From Thermoplasmatota archaeon (GTDB taxonomy: Archaea; Thermoplasmatota; Penumbrarchaeia; Penumbrarchaeales; EX4484-36): a stretch of 64,000 nt of DNA. The stretch covers positions 6,477 through 70,476 of the forward strand of contig JAOZQA010000003.1 of assembly GCA_029932465.1 (NCBI GenBank), in the 5' to 3' direction. Under the pieces are notes generated by a model. The model searched no databases, was not told where the DNA came from, and saw nothing but the letters and a program-made list of their open reading frames with translations. Numbering within the stretch: position 1 is the first letter of the stretch; every line of letters starts with the position of its first letter. This document shows, piece by piece, positions 58,801-64,000 of the stretch. The translations under genes were made by a program, and so were the position numbers.

Positions 58801-60213
58801 TTCGAAGCTCTCCCCGAAGTTCCTGTAAAAGTTGTCTAGAAAGTGAAAATATAGGTCAAAAAAGAGGTAGTATTTTTCCGGGGAGCTCTCCCTCCTGTCG
58901 ATCTCTTCAAAGCTGTTGAACAACTCCTCGGAAATAACCCCATGGTCGTGGAGAAGCTGGACGGTTTCGTACTTCTCCTCATATAGCTCCTCCATCTCCT
59001 CAGTGCTCTTCTCCATAAGGTATTTTATGGTCATGTTGAGGCGTTCAATGGTGTGAGCAGCGTCAAAGGTTAGACCTTTAGCGAGCTTCTTTTCAATTAG
59101 TTTGATATTCTCCTCAATATAGACGTTCACCTCTGAAGCGAGCCACTTGTCCTTTACCTTTTTTATCTCCTCTATGTTTTCTTTCACATTTTCCGTAAGC
59201 GATTCCATTTCAAGGAGTATTGTGCAGAAGTAATCCACATATTTTTCGGGAGGCGCTCTTCTGACAAGATCCTCAAGGTTTATTGACCTGTTCACTATGC
59301 TCTTAAAGAGATGCTTCAGCCTATCTTCATAGGAATCCCTGTAATAGTTCAGGTTCAAAAGACGCATTAGCCCCTCTTTGAGCTCAAGGACCACACCGCT
59401 CCATCTGATGTGTGGATCAACGGAATATCCTCTTTTGAGGGCCCTGACCGCTTCTCTATACTCTCCTCTGAATATGTGCGCCTTTGCGAGATATATGTAT
59501 GCTAGGGCGTCGTCTTTGTTCTGCTCAAGATAGCGCGAAAGCGTTTGCAAGGCCGCAGAGTATTCACCGAGGGAGATGGCTACGGAGGAGTACAGCATCT
59601 GGAAATGGGGTGAATCGGAGAACTTGCTGCGGTATCTCTGCAGAAGGAAATACGCTTCAGGAAGGTTCTCCTCTTTGAGGAGAAGTCTCACCACCTTGAC
59701 GCACTCTGTGCTGAAGTTTATATTAAGGTTTTTAAGGAGAGGAAGGAACCTCTCCGTGACCTCTTCAACCCCGTCCCCCTGGAACAGGTTGATGGTCTCA
59801 ACTAGGCAATCAACCCACCTTATATCTCCTTTCTCCAGTGCTGTGAAAAGCTCCTTTTTTGCTTCCCGCGGCATATCGCTAAAGAACTTTAGTTTCGCAA
59901 GGATGAGATGAGCTTCGGGGCTTATATGTTCGGGCTCCGCCTTCCCAAACTCCCTATCTAGGATTTTCTCAGCCTTCTTGTACTCACCCTTCTTGATGTG
60001 GATCAGTGCATGTATGAGAGAGAGGTCACTGCACTGGGGAAACTCTTTCGCAAGCCTTGTGACAGCGTTCTCATAGACATCCAGGTCTTTCTCTATCATC
60101 TCCTCTGTCGGGAAGATCGTTAGAGTGTTCTGGGAGAGGCTCCCTCGGCAGTTCGGACAGACCTCCCCTGTCGAGCCATCTTTTAATTCCATCCCACACA
60201 GCAGGCACTTCAA
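55876..60213 (-). CDS. Very large cytoplasmic protein: N-terminal Zn ribbon, TPR repeats and a long alpha-helical/coiled-coil region
   Basis: CLLCG...CPNC and TPR-like 'ALAYIYLAKAHIFRGEYREAVRAL'. Glu/Lys-rich helical remainder; no TM or P-loop seen. Confidence 0.75.
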   Translation of the reverse strand: MKCLLCGMELKDGSTGEVCPNCRGSLSQNTLTIFPTEEMIEKDLDVYENAVTRLAKEFPQCSDLSLIHALIHIKKGEYKKAEKILDREFGKAEPEHISPEAHLILAKLKFFSDMPREAKKELFTALEKGDIRWVDCLVETINLFQGDGVEEVTERFLPLLKNLNINFSTECVKVVRLLLKEENLPEAYFLLQRYRSKFSDSPHFQMLYSSVAISLGEYSAALQTLSRYLEQNKDDALAYIYLAKAHIFRGEYREAVRALKRGYSVDPHIRWSGVVLELKEGLMRLLNLNYYRDSYEDRLKHLFKSIVNRSINLEDLVRRAPPEKYVDYFCTILLEMESLTENVKENIEEIKKVKDKWLASEVNVYIEENIKLIEKKLAKGLTFDAAHTIERLNMTIKYLMEKSTEEMEELYEEKYETVQLLHDHGVISEELFNSFEEIDRRESSPEKYYLFFDLYFHFLDNFYRNFGESFEEFLKSIGDELNEMEKNDFPVGYLRKELQTVKNLPGVEKKIEGALKIKKEIEEINRTFWVKEGDYLLKEIEVKLTSLERLGYDTSDYRDELKKMEEMRRGVNPQTYFDRINELFNELEAVLKEEKRRRAIGILNSSIILKIISLSAESFAPERYYFKSVLDILEKFISRESYDRVGGIYSQIVKEYLDRITPEEDSCSKEIVMDVLSSIIRELKRSEMKYLIYTRFVSLEAKARNLLKDSYSFYMEALTDMTSMLLTYEESLAEIIREVTENASEVARTIKDICPDVERVAKEAGYGEMGSPQREHADIFRMFYAHSIKKLYERQSRDCLNKFVRETEKRIRNIIQETLQISSDPDVLIDVQTEGARAWSLYQNGEILESVALYREVEERARKALKGAFERYRKSLKEELEGIVNELSMVMDPPERFLKFIRSLSTPLKGAGVDNIKAFIEKGSAVKKELLSMLMVEKATVAGNIREYIEKCEKLAEGWENAEALLASLERYRKRLEGENKEMKALKELLAETKDLYLKVLYNRRFLKVYEEAEALATSLIKKGTIKSSRMEEIERIKEEAEKAFKEGHVKSVEEATENLEKILSELNLTQNMQTVENIYSKIESLYDLITLQLRDLKHPPWRDFRAEFLKRLEELERETREESLTLEVGRLQNINSELSELKRRMQMVEESWELYQQLTSTGEKRSLGVAERIKRALYDRNFKALEESLRSGDDLLKKAAERDKKKEKKEKAPKRTGFKGISRLASEAYMKARIMDDGLKKKTSPQGLGALIRTVPEPKGREAPEVTEEETHPVSPGEPDSSPQFIFGHIGDEEFYIKEYSWVILLPGLLDTVGQGEPVSREVYEEFIVLVRKMLEEAKDLPDKALIEKKLQKASYYLRVDDILRATYFLRSISKTLYNYLHLAKHLKTTLISFSTVLDNRRAAGVDISTYLKTFLSCVNLYNSGYLMSCGEKVRKLKSAISKP

Positions 60214-60305
60214 TCTTCAGCCTCCGAACTTTAAGTTTTTAGACCCTTGTCCTATTTATAGATTTTCTGACCACTCCCGGGGGGTAAGAATCATCAATGT
60301 CCCCA

Positions 60306-61592
60306 TCAGCGGCGCGAAGGGGCTGTAAAGACCTCCTTCAGCTCGCTCAAAGTGAGGATCTCCTGACTCCTCCCTTTAAGGTCCCTGATTAGAACAACTC
60401 TTCTTTCCGCCTCCCGCCTCCCGATCACCACCACCTTCCCGTAACCCCTTTTCAGGGCCGTTGTCAACGCTTTCCTCAGCCCGCCCTTCACCTCCAGGAC
60501 TTCAACACTCACCCCCGCCTCCCTTATTCTGAGGCTTGCCTCAAGGGCGTAGGCTTCGATGCCCTCGTCAAGTACCGTGAGGAGAACCTTTTCCCTCTCG
60601 CTCGTCCCTTTTATCCCCCTCTCCGTGAGGCTAAGAAGAAGGCGATCGAAGCCTATGGCAAAACCTACCCCCTCCAGGGGCTCCTTCCCTAGGAATTTGA
60701 AGACATACTCCCCACCTCCGCAGATCTGTTTCTCGGCGCCCAGCCTGGGGTCTTCTATCTCAAACACCACACCGTCGTAGTAATCGAGTCCCCTAACCAC
60801 CCCCGGGGAGATGCTTGCGGATTGGGCACCTAGGGCGCGCAGGATTTCTACCATTCTCTGAAGGTTGCCGTACATCCTCAAGAGCTCTTCCCTTATCCCC
60901 CCCTCCACCCCCTGTTGCTCCAATATACTGCTTAATGCTTTCTCTGTAGGGGATGTGGCAAAATCACGGTATAGAGCGGCTGCCCGGGGGTCTGCAGTGG
61001 AGAGGGCATTTTCAAAGGCTTCTGTGTCCCCCCTGTCGAGGGCTCTCAGCATTTCCCCTTCCGTCTCACTGTCAACTTTAAGGAGGCCGAGGAGTCTTCT
61101 TATCAGTGTGATGTTGTTCACTTTCAGGGGAAGATTTTCAAGGCCTGTTGCCCTGATAGCGGTATAGGCAGCCATTATGGTGTCTAGGGTTCTTAAAGAT
61201 GTCCTTCTGCCTATCGTTTCAGCCCCCATCTGCCAAAACTCTCTGAACCTTCCTTTCTGAGGCCGTTCGTACCTAAAGCAGTTCTCAAAATAGTATATCC
61301 TAACAGGCTGCGGTCTCCTGGAGAGGCTCTCCGAGAATAGCCTCATGGTTGGGGCGGTGAGTTCAGGCCTCAAAGCGAGCCTCCTCCCCCCTTTATCCTC
61401 AAAGACGTAAAGCTGCTCGACGATGTCCTCACCCGAGCGCTCGGTGAAGAGCTCAGCGTGCTCGAAGGTGGGTGTCATAATCTCCTCAAAACCGAAGCTC
61501 TCCAGAGCCTCCCTCATGGCGAGCTCGGCCCACCTTCGCCTTTTCATCTCCTCCGGGAGGAAGTCCCTTGTGCCTCTGGGCCTGGTAAACAT
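60306..61592 (-). CDS. hisS: Histidine--tRNA ligase
   Basis: PRGTRD, LRPELT, FRYERPQKGR.REF.Q, RGLDYY, GGG.Y and GFAIG.DR. Confidence 0.97.
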   Translation of the reverse strand: MFTRPRGTRDFLPEEMKRRRWAELAMREALESFGFEEIMTPTFEHAELFTERSGEDIVEQLYVFEDKGGRRLALRPELTAPTMRLFSESLSRRPQPVRIYYFENCFRYERPQKGRFREFWQMGAETIGRRTSLRTLDTIMAAYTAIRATGLENLPLKVNNITLIRRLLGLLKVDSETEGEMLRALDRGDTEAFENALSTADPRAAALYRDFATSPTEKALSSILEQQGVEGGIREELLRMYGNLQRMVEILRALGAQSASISPGVVRGLDYYDGVVFEIEDPRLGAEKQICGGGEYVFKFLGKEPLEGVGFAIGFDRLLLSLTERGIKGTSEREKVLLTVLDEGIEAYALEASLRIREAGVSVEVLEVKGGLRKALTTALKRGYGKVVVIGRREAERRVVLIRDLKGRSQEILTLSELKEVFTAPSRR

Positions 61593-61745
61593 CAGAAACA
61601 CCTTGATTAGACGAAGGGGAGAATCTATTTAATAATTCATATCCCCGGAGCTATGCCTTAACACCCCTTAATAGTCAAGATTTTTATACAACTTTACATT
61701 CACTTTATTCTGCCTGGAAAGGCCTCCGCCCCGTCAAAGGGTGTG

Positions 61746-61760
61746 GAGAAAATTTATTAA
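61746..61760 (+). promoter_or_regulatory. BRE/TATA promoter of the 23S rRNA gene
   Basis: GAGAAAA-TTTATTAA about 145 nt upstream of the mature 23S start. Confidence 0.6.
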
Positions 61761-61778
61761 GTGGTTGTGTATAACCAC

Positions 61779-61904
61779 GCCTGCTCAAGTGCACTCCGTG
61801 AATTGGAGCGTTCACGGAGGAAGGAGCTGAGACCGAGGCAAGAGCCAGTGAGGTCGTTGAATGCTCACATCATACGCATGTTGGACGAGTACTGGACTGG
61901 TAGT
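61779..61904 (+). other. Structured pre-23S rRNA leader (9-bp hairpin + K-turn)
   Basis: CTCCGTGAA/TTCACGGAG stem at 61794-61819; GACC-GA-GGC...GCC-AGT-GA-GGTC at 61831-61855. Confidence 0.65.

Positions 61905-64000
<2,096 letters not shown>

Overview
Archaeal chromosomal segment, most consistent with a (probably thermophilic) Thermoplasmatota lineage. The evidence is BRE/TATA promoters, an intron-containing tRNA-Tyr with a C1:G72 pair, AglB, Nob1, RFC, a two-CxxC disulfide oxidoreductase, RpiB, and a 23S rRNA gene with no 16S gene upstream. Most of the window is housekeeping or metabolic: beta-CASP nuclease, uvrC, purSLQ, purB, Sir2, a porCDAB-iorAB operon, OPT and POT-like peptide transporters, a GalE-like epimerase, rfcS, rpiB, pdxS and hisS. 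Large membrane-anchored surface proteins are interleaved. The most notable observations are: (1) a 2495-aa AglB oligosaccharyltransferase carrying a ~1500-aa Ig-like stalk and a second, C-terminal membrane anchor, inside a cluster of sequon-rich surface proteins; (2) an unnamed ~130-aa extracellular domain present both as a stand-alone lipoprotein and fused to an MFS peptide transporter; (3) a divergent DHH phosphoesterase with a long coiled-coil insertion, apparently co-transcribed with a surface protein; (4) a degenerate pilin-like three-gene operon; (5) an orphan membrane-anchor fragment behind an AT-rich surface-protein gene; (6) a canonical K-turn in the pre-23S leader. No CRISPR array, transposase or integrase was seen. 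All assignments are by eye from motifs; no database searches were run.
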